Below are positions 38,801-51,739 of a DNA stretch of 64,000 bases, piece by piece. Position numbers and translations under genes: made by a program. The notes under the pieces are model-generated. The model was not told where the DNA came from. It did not search any database and worked only from the letters and a program-made list of their open reading frames with translations. Location: positions 349,494,001 through 349,558,000 of the forward strand of contig NC_091471.1 of the NCBI RefSeq assembly GCF_036971445.1. The letters are read 5' to 3'. Numbering within the stretch: position 1 is the first letter of the stretch; each line of letters begins with the position of its first letter. The stretch comes from Narcine bancroftii (taxonomy: Eukaryota).

Positions 38801-39008
38801 GTAATTGTGTACATGGCAATAAACTCTCATCAATCCTTCAGAGGTCCTGAAACATCGAGGACCGTCCGGGTGGATTCTGAAACTGTTGCTCGGGGTAGAG
38901 GGTAATGCCATCACCTGAACCCGGAGAAACTGTGGACAGCTCCAGTGATACATCCAACCAGGAGAAGGGCTTGGCGAGACCGGTGCTGGGAGAGGGGACT
39001 GCAGCAAG

Positions 39009-39194
39009 ATGGCGTCCGTGGTGAGCAAGGCCTGCTTCCAACGCACCTTGCAGAGGTGTTTCCCCATCCTGGTGTGGCTACCGCAGTACTCAGTTCGGTG
39101 GCTGCGGATGGACATTTTGGCTGGAGTGACAGTGGGGCTGACCGTGGTACCTCAGGCGCTGGCTTACGCTGAGATTGCTGGCCTTCCCGTCCAG
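39009..39194 (+). CDS. slc26a11: Sodium-independent sulfate anion transporter, first coding exon (true start may be ATG 38905 with a 1-bp indel)
   Basis: LQRCFPILVWLPQYSVRWLRMDILAGVTVGLTVVPQALAYAEIAGLPVQ|gtaagt. Confidence 0.92.
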
Positions 39195-39429
39195 GTAAGT
39201 GTGGCTGGTTGGGGCTCGTACGAACAAGCATATCATCACGTCATTCCCATTGTACCTCTGGAAAACACCCGGCAGGTCAGGCTGCCTGTGTGGAAAGAGA
39301 AACCAGTTGATCATCTTTCCTCCATGTAGTTCAGGGGGAAGTTCCCCTGGAGGCTGGGCTCCTGTGAAGTGCTGCACTGTTGGGGTTTCTGTCTGATCAT
39401 GCCAGGCCTCTGAGTTCTCAGAGCCATGT

Positions 39430-39625
39430 CTGGCCAGGCCCATCGGGTCTCAGACCCACATCCAGACCAGGCACCCGGGGTCTTGGGTCCCCATCCAGAC
39501 CAGGCACCCTGGGTCTTGGGTCCCCATCCAGACCAGGCACCCGGGGTCTTGGATCCCCATCCAGACCAGGCGCCCGGGGTCTTGGATCCCCATCCTGGCC
39601 AAACTCTGGGGTCTTGGACCCCCCC
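39430..39625. repeat. 33-bp tandem repeat (CCATCCAGACCAGGCACCCGGGGTCTTGGGTCC), about 5 copies
   Basis: Directly visible. Confidence 0.85.
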
Positions 39626-40001
39626 TTCCATCCCTACATGCAGAGTCTCAGACCTCTGGCCACACCACTCGGATCCAATCACTCCTTCCAGCCATCAAGT
39701 TTCACAAAGGTGGGAATTATTCCCTATATTTCTTCCCAAAGGAACGTAAATCCTCTGGGATCTTGCTGTGTACAAAGTAGTGTCCTGCTTTTCTTCCTCC
39801 CACCCTGGCCCTGACTACGGATTCAATGGCACTGAACACATCGGGATGTTCTACAAGGTTGGGATGGGCAGGGCCTCCCATTAACCCAAACACAGGTTCT
39901 GAATCATTCTTGTCTAAAAACCACGACCTTTCTCACTGAAATAAAAACATCCGATGAAGCCATTGTAGGTTCTGAAGACGCTGTTCTGGTTTCTGCTGCA
40001 G

Positions 40002-40194
40002 TATGGCCTCTATTCCTCCTTCCTGGGCTGCTTCATTTACTGCCTGCTCGGTTCCTCCAAAGACATCACACTGGGCCCCACAGCCATCATGTCCCTACTC
40101 GTCTCCACGTACGCCCACCATGACCCCAGGTACGCGGTGCTCCTGGCTTTCCTCTCCGGATGCATTCAACTGGTGATGGGAATTCTGCGTCTCG
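40002..40194 (+). CDS. slc26a11: SLC26A11 coding exon 2
   Basis: YGLYSSFLGCFIYCLLGSSKDITLGPTAIMSLLVSTYAHHDPRYAVLLAFLSGCIQLVMGILRL(G); SulP signature. Confidence 0.96.
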
Positions 40195-41439
40195 GTGAGT
40201 TGCTCTCCACCAAGCTTAACCTCAGTCAGTGTCTGAATGGGGGTAAGGAAATGGGTGTTAGATGCACGGGACAGAATTTGAACCCTCGTGGTGTTTATTG
40301 TAATACATATAGTTCAAAGTTCAGATTTACTGTCAGAGTACATACATGACATCGCATACAACACTGAGATTCTTTTACCTACGTGCCAGGCAGAATTTCT
40401 AAATTATAGGTAACAGAGCTTGTTCTGGCTGCTCTCCGACGATAGCATTCCCTGTAGATGTTCTCAATGGTGGGGAGGGTTTTGCCTGTACAGTGGACAG
40501 GTGCACAGAACTTCTTACTTGCTGCAGCCATACAGGTTCATAATGTACACCAATGACAATTTGATATGTTAAATTAGCACAATATTCCAATGCAGAGAAA
40601 GAGATCAGAAATGTGAAGGTTGAATGATAAATATTCACAGTTGCAGCTTTAGCAAGAAAAAGGTAATGTTTTAATGGAGCAGACAGATTTTTTGGTCGTC
40701 CCAGAGTGGGTAAGGGAACCTGTAAACTGTTCTTGAACTTGGAGATGCTGGACTTCAGGCTTCTGCTCCTTGTGCCCAAAGGTGAGAAGAGATTGTGACC
40801 AGGGTGATGGGAGTCCCTTATGATGTTGGTGACCTTCTTGAGGCAGTGTCTCGTATATACAGTGGATGGGTGGATGGTGCCCGCGGTAGGCTTGTGTGCC
40901 CTGCGGTGGTAAGGGTCGGGTCTGGGCGAGGCAGGGGATTGAGAGAGAGATGCATACACTAGATCTGGGAAACTCATGGAGATGTGTTGGGGAGACATGG
41001 GAGACCCCAGACGCTGTCATCTGGAACAATAATCAAGCAGGATTGTCGACCTTTTGGGTGTGTCATTGGTACCAGTGATTGCATCCTCTCCTCCCTGATG
41101 GGTAGACGGCTATGAACCAAACTCGTAGACATGTACTTTATGGTCAGTATTATCAGGGTGGGCCGAAGGGCCTGTTTTGGGCTCTGGTTCAGGACAGAGA
41201 CGAACACCAGCTGGGGTTTGGTGCTCTAACACTATATAATGAGTGCTGCACTGTGGGGTCCTGTGGAAGGAGGCTGATCTAAAACACTACCTTGTTCTTG
41301 TCTCCACAGAAGCTGCCTGACCACCTGAGCATGGCGGCATTTTCTGATTTTTAGTTTTGACTTCCAGCAAGGGCAGCTTTGTTTTGATAAATTTTAGCCC
41401 TGCCTGACATTTTGGCAACTGGACCTAAGGCAGGCACTT

Positions 41440-42625
41440 TGATGCGTTCTTACCCCCTGTTCTATTCACTTTACACCAATGACTATGTGGCTCAGTTCAA
41501 CAATAACACCATCTACAAATTTTCTGATGGGTTGTGTAAAAAGGGGAGATGAGTCTGCATACAGGCAGGAATTGAAAACTTGGCTGAATGGTGCCCCAAC
41601 AAAACCTCGCACTTAATGTCACCAAAACTAAGAAACTGATTGTTGACTTCTGGAAAGGAAAGCCAGTGATCATTGGGGGATCAGAGGTGGAGAGGTTGAG
41701 CAAATTTAAGTTCTTGGGAGGAACTATCTTGGAGAACCTCCCCTGGACCCAACATACTAATGGCATCATGAAGAAAGCACACCAGCGCCTCTATTTCCTC
41801 AGGAGTTTGCGGAGGTTTGGTATGATATCAGAAACCCTGGCAAATTTCTGCAGATGTGTGATGGAAAGAGTGTTGACCATCTGCATCAGAATCTGGTATG
41901 GGAACACAATACCCGAGTGGAAAGCCCTCCAAAAAGTGGTAGTCACAGCCCAGGACACCACAGGCAAAACCCTCCCCACTATTGAGAACATCCACAAGAG
42001 AGCAGCAGCAATCATCAAAGATCTACACAACCCAGCACACGCTCTGTTCTCTCTGCTGCCATCAGGAAAGAGGTGTCGGTGCCACAAGACTCGCACCACC
42101 AGGTTCAGGAACAGCAGCTTCCCCTCCACCATCAGATTCCTCAATCAGACACTCACTTAAGGACTCTTACTTTTGCACTTATTGATTTTTTTTCCTCTCT
42201 GTATTGGAGTCAGTTTGTTTACATTTCTTTATTTGTTTACTTGCGTACAACTTTTTTTGTATGACTGATAAGTAGAAATTCTGCCTGGCCTGCAGAAAAA
42301 TAATCTCAGGGTTGTATGTGACGCACTTCATTTAGGGTTCCCACTGACGCTCTTCAACACCCTGACTCAGATCCCACTGAAGCTCTTCAACACCCTGACT
42401 CTGATCCCACTGACGCTCTTCAACACCCTGACTCTGATCCCACTGACGCTCTTCAACACCCTGACTCTGATCCCACTGACGCTCTTCAACACCCTGACTC
42501 TGATCCCACTGACGCTCTTCAACACACTGACTCTGATCCCACTGACGCTCTTCAACACACTGACTCTGATCCCACTGACGCTCTTCAACAACCTGACTCT
42601 GATCATAAATCTAAATCTGAAGGAG
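41440..42625 (+). mobile_element. Rex1/Babar-like LINE 3' fragment; its tail is interrupted by a minisatellite
   Basis: ORF 41588-42160 NLALNVTKTKKLIVDF...KKAHQRLYFLRSLRRFG...HALFSLLPSGKR; a related minus-strand relic lies at ~40320-40860. Confidence 0.85.
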
Positions 42626-43615
42626 AGCAGGGGAATTAGCCCTTGAATCCTGGGCAATATTTATTCCTTGCTCAACATTATTTGGCCACCTCTACAATCT
42701 GAAGGAGTTCTAATCCCACTGATGTTCTTCAACACCCTGACTCAGATCCCACTGACGCTCTTCAACACACTGACTCAGATCCCACTGACGCTCTTCAACA
42801 CACTGACTCAGATCCCACTGACGCTCTTCAACACCCTGACTCTGATCCCACTGACGCTCTTCAACACACTGACTCAGATCCCACTGACGCTCTTCAACAC
42901 CCTGACTCTGATCCCACTGACGCTCTTCAACACACTGACTCAGATCCCACTGACGCTCTTCAACACACTGACTCAGATCCCACTGACGCTCTTCAACACC
43001 CTGACTCTGATCCCACTGACGCTCTTCAACACACTGACTCAGATCCCACTGACGCTCTATAACACACTGACTCAGATCCCACTGACGCTCTATAACACAC
43101 TGACTCAGATCCCACTGACGCTCTTCAACACACTGACTCAGATCCCACTGACGCTCTTCAACACACTGACTCAGATCCCACTGACGCTCTATAACACACT
43201 GACTCTGATCCCACTGACGCTCTTCAACACACTGACTCAGATCCCACTGACGCTCTTCAACACACTGACTCAGATCCCACTGACGCTCTTCAACACACTG
43301 ACTCAGATCCCACTGACGCTCTTCAACACACTGACTCTGATCCCACTGACGCTCTTCAACACACTGACTCAGATCCCACTGACGCTTTTCAACACCCTGA
43401 CTCTGATCCCACTGACGCTCTTCAACACCCTGACTCTGATCCCACTGACGCTCTTCAACACACTGACTCAGATCCCACTGACGCTCTTCAACACACTGAC
43501 TCTGATCCCACTGACGCTCTTCAACACCCTGACTCTGATCCCACTGACGCTCTTCAACACACTGACTCAGATCCCACTGACGCTCTTCAACACACTGACA
43601 GTCTTTAACACACTG
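42340..43615. repeat. 33-bp minisatellite (ACTGACGCTCTTCAACACACTGACTCAGATCCC) in two blocks, about 8 + 27 units
   Basis: Directly visible; explains the 361-aa LTLFNTLTQIP repeat ORF. Confidence 0.97.
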
Positions 43616-43929
43616 ACACTCAAAAGCACTGGAAATGCAAGTTTAGTCTTTAGATTTGTATCAGCATTCCTGCCAAATCCTACTGTGTACGTTCGTGTGG
43701 CAAATGTTGTCCTGCTTTTCACCCAATGTCTGGGCTCTACTGCTGTCAGTTAATGTTTGAATTGAATTGTTTATCGTCCTGAATACTCAGATGCAGTAAG
43801 CTTTGTTTTCATGCCACCCAGGCAAGTCAACCCATAATTGAGTATAGCAGGAAGTGCAGTAATAAAACAAACTTGCAGGGTGACATGTTACAGTGTTGAT
43901 GGACATAACCTGCATTGATTTATTTCCAG

Positions 43930-44015
43930 GCTTTCTAGTTGACTTCATCTCTTTGCCAGTAATAAAGGGGTTCACTAACGCCGCCACTGTGACCATTGGC
44001 TTTGGCCAGGTGAAG
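43930..44015 (+). CDS. slc26a11: SLC26A11 coding exon 3
   Basis: GFLVDFISLPVIKGFTNAATVTIGFGQVK|gtaag. Confidence 0.95.
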
Positions 44016-47000
44016 GTAAGGAGAAACCTTTCCATTGACTTGCATTCTAGCTGCAGCTGGATTGATGGATTTGCAGCGGGAGGCTGATGGATCAGGTCAG
44101 GGGTGCTGATGGAATGGCGGTGTGGGCCTAATGGAATGGCGGCGCAGGGTCTGATGGAACAACAGTGTGGGGCTATAGCATCACTGAAAGAGCCCATTGT
44201 GTCCTTTGAGGCTGTGCCAGCATTTTCTGCTTTGTTAAGGCCAGGCAATATCTTCACACCCCACCCCCCCCCCCCCCCCTGCCCTGCTCCCCTTTTCTGA
44301 GGCAGAATCTGCTTTGCATCCCTGATCTTTTAAACTCATTAAAATTGTCGCCTTGTGTGACCTTTTCCCAATTGCGTGACCCTGCTGCCCTGCATGTAGA
44401 AGCTTCCAACAGAGGAAGCAGGATTTCATTATACAGTCCGGCTCCTCGTGATTTTGAACATTTTCTTTAAAAATCTTACCTCTGTTGCCTACATTTGCCC
44501 ATCAGAGATGGGGGGCTAGTGAGGGGGATGGGGGGGGGGGAATTGAAGGTGATGAAAGGGAAACATTTTTTTGAGTGTTTGCTTATTTTGAGCAGCTTAA
44601 TCCCCAGTGATTGGTGAATTCCAGAATCTCAGCCTACGGGAGCTTCCCAAGTGAAATTAGAAACTTGGCAAAACTTTCTCTAATTCACCTTGTTTGTAAC
44701 CCAGGCCACGGTTCATCAGCCTCTTTCTCCAGTGAAACAACAAGTTCAGCCTCTTCAGTCCTTGTTTATCAGCCTGATAAAGCCAATGGGCCCTTTTGGC
44801 CCAAATCAACCATGTTGCCCATGTTAATGTTCTGGCCTCATGTCATCTGCCTGCATAAGCACCGTATTGTTCTTAACCATTCCTATCCATTCTATCCATC
44901 ATTTTTAATATCATGATTGGACCCGCTTCCTCTGACAGCTCGTTCCAGAAACAGACCACACTCACAGTGGAAAGAGTTGCCCCTCGGTTACCTCTGAAAT
45001 CTTTCCCTTCTTGGCTTCTGGTTCTAGAATAGTTCTAATCTGGGAATGATTCATTACCAATGTCCCTCATGATTTTAAAAACTGTTATATACAAGATCAC
45101 CCTCAACCTCTTAATCTCTGGGGAATAAAGACTGGCCTATTCAACCTCTCCCAATAATACAAGCCAGTCCCAGTGCCATCCTGGTGAACCTCCCCTGCAT
45201 TCTTTACAAGTTATCAATGTCCTTCCATTAGTTGGGTGACCAGAATTGCACACCATGCTCTCAATGTGATCTCACCAATGACTCATACGGCTGAGTCACT
45301 CTGTCCCATTGCTAGTGAAACCAAACATCTCTTCATCACTGTTGTCATTTACATGGAACTGTGCACCTTAACCTTCCACATTCCTACGCCCCCCCCCCCC
45401 ACCCCACTACATTTTGCTCACACTTAATGAAGGGCTCAAGTCCAAAATGTTGGTTATTTTCTTTATCTTTGTTACATAAGATCTTCGCTACACTGTTTGA
45501 CCGGCTGAGTTTCTCCAGCATTGTGTTTTTACTTCAATCACGGTGTCTGCAGACTTGCATATTTTACTACTGTCTACAACACCCTCCAGGGCCATGCCGT
45601 TTTTGACAAATCCTATCCTGTTTTGACTATCATAAGTACAGCACTCGTAAAAGTTTGACTGTGTTTGCCACTCCTTGGCCCACCTTCCTAACTGATCTAG
45701 ACCCTGTTGTAAGGTTAGATTATCCTTCCTCACTGTTGAGACAATTTTGGTGTCATTTGCAGATATACTGATCGTGTTAACAACATTGCCATCTGAATCA
45801 TAAATTTCAATGATAAAGAGCAGCGAGCCCAGTAGCAGTCACAGGCTTCCAATTAGACAGGCAGCTCATCCCTGCCCTCCAATTCCTTGCTGTTGGGCCC
45901 TGTGCGACCCAACCTTCCAGACTAACCTGCTCTGCTGGACTTGGGGATGCGTAGTAACTGGCCAAGAATAATTCTTCATTCCTCCCACCTCTTGTGTAGG
46001 GCCTAGTCCTCAGTGTGGGTTGATATCTCTCTCTCTCTGGGCTGTAGACCTTCCTCCTGCTGCCTCATTGGATGGAGTGGTTGTCACTTGCCTGGGATTT
46101 AGGCCTCTTCCTGCTCCATGATTTGACCTAATAGAGGTGGGAGATGAAGGAAAGAGTGAGGGATGGGTGAGTTGTGGGGAGACTGAGGAGAGGGGGAAAT
46201 GGGAGAGACAGGTGAGTAAGGGCAGTGAGATGTGAAGGCATGCCATGTTATTTCCTCCTGTGGCCAAATCATTGAGGACCCCTTCCAGCTGCTCCTGTCG
46301 GGGAAGAGATACAGGAGTATCAGAGCCAGCACCACCAGACTGAGGAACAACTTCTTCCCACAGGCAGTGGGAATGCTGAACGACCAAAGGAACTGCTCAC
46401 TCTAATCATGAATTTACAAAAAAAATTATTGATTTATTTGTATATATGAATATGTCCTGCATATGTATTGTGTGTCTGTATGTATGAGTGTTATCTCTGG
46501 TTGTGTGTCTGCATGTTTTGCTCTGAGGACCAGAGAACGCTGTTACGTCAGGTTGTACTTGTATAATCTGATGACAATAAACTTGAATGGACCATGGTAT
46601 TGCCACTTTCTCCTGACCTTGACCTCTGCAATCAATGTGTGACCCAGGCCTATAGCAATGCCCTGATGCAAGGTCTTGACCTGAGATGTGGATCACCCTT
46701 TTGCCTCCATTGATACTGCTCGACACGCTGAGTTCCTCCAGCAGTTTTATCTTTTGCTTTAGATCACACCATCCACAGCTAAGTACAACTCCGATAGTAA
46801 TGTGCTTGAGTGTATGTTCTCCATGGGAAGACCAGATGCTCCTGGGAGTGGATGATAATGGTGGTCTCGGTGGAGATACCCAATCCTTCAAGAAACGCAT
46901 CACAAGGAGAGTCTGCTGCTCAAACATTGCAACATTTCAAATCTCCAATTTCCTCTGAGCACATGCCTACGTTGCATGGTTCCGGTACAAATATTTGGCT

Positions 47001-47326
47001 TCCAATGTCACATTTCCGTGGGTTATTTCTGCCTGTTGTTCTGTGAGAGAGAATCTGGAGTGATGTTTATATGTATGTATAACCACATCCTTAGCAAGCT
47101 GGAAGTTTGCCTTTGCAGCTGTGGTTTGGTAGGTAGTCTGGTAAAAAGGAATGCTAGGTTTGTAGGGACGCTGATGTGCACATCAGTTTGGTGAAGGTTC
47201 AAAATGGATGGCATTGTCTGTCCACAGAGTACGCTCCCTGTCCACACACTGTTCTGTGAGGGTCAGCAAGGTATGTGCAGGGTCTTTTGTGACTGCATTT
47301 GTCTAATGCTCTGTCATTTCACCCAG

Positions 47327-47406
47327 AACATGCTCGGACTTCGTGACATTCCTCGCCAGTTCTTCCGTGAGGTCTACTATACCTTCCACAATATTGCTCA
47401 CACCAG
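47327..47406 (+). CDS. slc26a11: SLC26A11 coding exon 4
   Basis: NMLGLRDIPRQFFREVYYTFHNIAHT(R)|gtcagt. Confidence 0.93.
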
Positions 47407-47517
47407 GTCAGTGTCCTGTTTCATGGCAGTTGCTTCAGTTTGGTCTCTGGTTTCATTCTGGCCCCATTGCAAGTGAATAGAGGAGATGAATTGGCCATTA
47501 CCACTGTTCGCGATGTC

Positions 47518-48118
47518 TCGGACAGGGAAGAGGGGTTACAGACTACATAGGGCAGGGGAGAGTGGTTATGGATTCTCTCAGACAGGGAAGAGGGTTTACG
47601 GACTCCCTCGGACTGGGAGAGGGGTTACGGACTCTTTCGGACCGGGAGAGGGGCTACGGACTCTTTCGGACCGGGAGAGGGGTTACGGACTCCCTCGGAC
47701 GGGGAGAGGGGTTACAGACTGCCTCAGACAGGGGAAAGGGGTTACAGACTGCCTCAGACAGGGGAGAGGGGTTACAGACTGCCTCAGACAGGGGAAAGGG
47801 GTTACAGACTGCCTCAGACAGGGGAGAGGGGTTACAGACTGCCTCAGACAGGGGAGAGGGGTTACAGACTGCCTCAGACAGGGGAGAGGGGTTACAGACT
47901 GCCTCAGACAGGGGAGAGGGGTTACAGACTGCCTCAGACAGGGGAGAGGGGTTATAGACTGCCTCAGACAGGGGAGAGGGGTTACAGACTGCCTCAGACA
48001 GGGGAGAGGGGTTACAGACTGCCTCAGACAGGGGAGAGGGGTTACAGACTGCCTCGGGCACGGGAGAGGGGTTACAGACTGCCTCGGGCACGGGAGAGGG
48101 GTTATGTACTGCCTGGGA
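47518..48118. repeat. 30-bp minisatellite (GGGGAGAGGGGTTACAGACTGCCTCAGACA), about 20 units
   Basis: Directly visible; homogeneous core with diverged ends. Confidence 0.97.
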
Positions 48119-49866
48119 TAACACAAGAAATAGGAGTAGGAGTTGATTCACAGCCAGGAGATGCAGCCGCTGTTGTGAGGTACAAGATAGAGACACTGTC
48201 CAGGCTGACAAACCATTGCAGACCCCAGAGGGAGCTGCCTCATCATTCGTACCATCTTTAACAGGATCTGAGTGCAGGGGTCTTTGTGACACAAATAACT
48301 CAGAGGCCTGGCCTGACGATCTGCAGTTCAATCCTGTGGATTCAGTAAATGTAGTGCAAAATTTGAATTAAACTGGGTGACTGCATCACTGGACACCAAC
48401 AGTCTGTCTGTGGGTCTACACTGGGCCTTCCTATAGCCAATCACCCATTCCTACAGTGTCATTTATCCTCAGCCTTATCTGTTGTCAGGGTAAAAGGTAA
48501 ACATGAGTAACCACACATCACATTCCTCCTGGACAACCTTAAATCAAACAGCATTAACATGGAATTCCCAAGTTTTAGATAACCCGCATATGATTCCACT
48601 GTTACCTGCACAAGGAAGGGGAGGGAGAGGGAGGGTGGGTGAGTGAATATGTTCAGTGTTCCCAGTTCAGCTCAGTCTGACCCAGTTCCCAATGGCTGAG
48701 GCTTGTGGGAAGAAGGCAAGAGGAAACAGTCTGTTCCTGGCTGGCAAAAGATGCAGCTCATTGCAGCTGGCAAATGCACCCCACCCATCCCTTCGGTGTC
48801 CCAAACCCTTGTCCGTGCATATGGGAGTAGCCCCAGGAACACCCACCTGGAGGTCAGGGGGGAAGGAAGGGAGATGCAGAGATGTGATACATCTCACCCC
48901 TATGACTTGGAGCATAGAGAAGGGCAGGAGAGGGCCAGGCTACTGATCCTATCCACTGGGCAAGAGGTGGGCAGTGTTGGCTCAGAGTACATGAGAAAAC
49001 AGCTGAATGATTGGTATGGCCAGTGGTTGGGGAATGACTTTGTAACACAGGGGAGGTTACCATGTGTAGAATAGCAGTGGGCAAGAGCCCACTGGGTTGG
49101 CAGGCACCTGGTGTTGATCCTGGTGTCCATCCGCCTGGCGTCAGCCCCTGGCATTGGCCTCCGTGGAGTTGGCACAGCCCACTGTATCGGTGGAATTCAC
49201 AGGAGATCTGAGCCTGATTCCCTTCTCCTTTGCCATGAAGGTTTCAACAGTCCATATCCCATCTGATTGTTACTGCAGCCACACAGGGAGATATGATACA
49301 CCAAACACAGTTGTACAAATTACATTGCCACAATATTGGTAAGGCAGCAAAAGAGAATGATAAAGGATAGATATTAAATATTCAGAGTTGCAGTGTGGGC
49401 AGCCCCAGAGTAGCTAATGGTTCGGGTGGTCAGAGCAGGTTCAAGAGCCAAGTGGTGTTTGTGGAGGGATGGGGGAAGAAACTGTTCTTGAACCTGGAGG
49501 TGCTGGCTTCTGTACCTCTGCCCAAAGATAGCAGTGAGTAGAGGTTGTGACCAGGTTGATGGGGGTCCTTTAGGATGTTGGTTGCCTTCTTGAGGCAGTA
49601 CCTCCCATAACTAAAAGGTCTATGGCATTCTTAATTACACCATCCGTTGAAAAGCCAAGGATGGTTGAACTCAGTGGAATGATTGCACAGTGCACGTTGA
49701 CCCCAACCACCAGATCGCGTTTGGATCCAGCTGTGGCCGCAACTCCATCACCATTGTCCCAAGTTGAAAACGGAGGGGTGGGTTGGAGGGCAGATGGTCA
49801 ACACCAATCCGCCTATCTGTCACCTCCTGCCGCTTCATCATTCCTCCCTGTGCTTTGGGCCTGCAG

Positions 49867-50009
49867 GGTGGGAGACCTGGTCCTGGGACTCGCCTGCCTC
49901 TTGCTGCTCGTACTGTTGAAGGTGATGAAGGGCCGCCTGCCAGAAGAGCCCAGGCACCTGCCGCTGCTGATCCGGGTGTGCCGTGCCACCATCAGCTTCA
50001 CTGCCACCG
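49867..50009 (+). CDS. slc26a11: SLC26A11 coding exon 5
   Basis: VGDLVLGLACLLLLVLLKVMKGRLPEEPRHLPLLIRVCRATISFTAT(A); phase requires the donor GTCCGT at 50010. Confidence 0.9.
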
Positions 50010-51739
50010 GTCCGTGAGTCTGCCCAGCCTCTGTCAGTGGGGTCACATTGGGGCTGATACCCAGGGGAGTCCCTGTTGGGAATTTCTGGGGGCCAGGGCA
50101 GGCTATTGACAGATGTGGGGAAGAGTCTGGGCATAACTAGCTTTGCTGTTAGCCATGGCAAACCATGTGAGGATTTGGTTATCGAGACCCTAGCCCTTAA
50201 ACGATGGCTGTTTGGACCTCCAGGATCCAGTTGGTGGTGGATTAGGGGGAATATTCAGTGTCAGTGCACGATCTCTTGACTGGTGTTGCTCATTCTGGAC
50301 CTGCCACATTGGCACACAGCAGTCATGGGTACTCCAGAGACTTTGGCTCGATCAGGGGCTAGAGTTTGCTCATTTTCTCCTTGCGACGGGGTCGGTTCCT
50401 CTTCGTGCGATCCTCTGCTTTCCCCAATTCAGGTTGTTCGTTTAAGTGGATATTGTCAAATTGCCTGGTGAGTGGATGGATGAGAGGAGAATAGGGATGA
50501 AGATGATGGATGTGTGGGGGTCAGTGACATGACCAAGTGAGGGGGGGTGGTGAGACTGCTCAGAGTAACAGGCCAGACCTGGTGGATGCCCATGTCAGTC
50601 CTCTTTGCATTTAGCATGTTCCCAAGGTAACTAAAGAAAATGGCCTTGGGTATCAGCCTTAGGGAACAGGTGAAAGTGGGATGGTGGGGAGAGAGTCCAA
50701 TGCACTGACATTTTGCTCTCTTCCCTCCCCCTTCCTCCCCCCACAACAGAGTCGGCATCAGAACGTCTAATCAGGTGGGGGGGGGTCACAAACTGCTTTT
50801 AGAAAACTCACTCAGTGGGGGGGTGGGGGTGGATGCCCTACCTGCCATGAGCCTCCTCCGTTTGTGGCCATTACACTTCCCCCTCCCTCCGACGTAACAG
50901 CGCATGGAGACGAAACCACGTCACGCTAGAGCTGTGGGAGGGGGCACAATAACTTATTTGACATGACGCCTCTGTAGTGTCAGTTGATGAAGTAGACAAA
51001 GACAATGCAGAAACTTATGGTACAATAATGAAAGACAATGGGTGCAAACACAGCCCAACCCAAGGGAAGTGTCCTTAACGGTAGAGATAATGCACAGCCA
51101 ATGTTTGTACAGCAAGGCTCGCCAGAGGGGAGACAGGCAGCTTGGCAGATGTTCACCACAGTCTTCCCTCCCCTCCATCTCCTCCACCCCCTCTCCTCCC
51201 CTCCATCACCCCCTCTCCTCCCCTCCAACCCATTCCTTACACCCTCCCCTCCAAACCCCTCTACCCTCCTTCCCTCACCATCATCCTCCCACCTTTCCCC
51301 TTCCCTCTCCTCCACACTGCTCCCCTCAACTCCCCTACTGTTTTCACTCATTCCTAGCTCTTCGACACTGAATCCCAAGGGACTGATGTGAGTTTTTTTT
51401 TAATTTTTTTATTTTTCACACTATAAACCACATTGATCAAGATGCATACATTTTCCCTCTTGAACATATACAGTGTCGTTTTCTCCCCCCTCCCTCCTCC
51501 TCTCCCTCCCTCCCTACCTCCCCTCCCATTCATTTAAAGTTCAGAAAATAGGATACATTAAACCCGTCAAACAATGTTGTCACTCAATAAAAACAAACAA
51601 GAAATTCCACTGAGTCAGTTCTTTTCATTCTCTTCTCCTTCTGTCATTTTAAGTGGTAGATGTCCCCGGTAGGTTTTCTCTATTATGTTTCATGTATGGC
51701 TCCCATATTTGTTCAAATATTGTAATATTATTTCTTAAA

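Noticed and set aside
42340-43615. CRISPR-like appearance of regular repeats
   Set aside because: Units are contiguous with no unique spacers, there are no cas genes, and the context is eukaryotic
42668-43753. 361-aa ORF of LTLFNTLTQIP repeats
   Set aside because: Product of a 33-bp minisatellite lacking stops in one frame; intronic, with no ATG context or flanking domains
47486-48331. Several repeat ORFs (GRGVTDCLRQ and others) on both strands
   Set aside because: Translations of a 30-bp tandem repeat
50880-50975. Small cluster of CRE/UPRE-like motifs (CCACGTCA at 50916)
   Set aside because: Short motifs are expected by chance; no independent support from sequence alone
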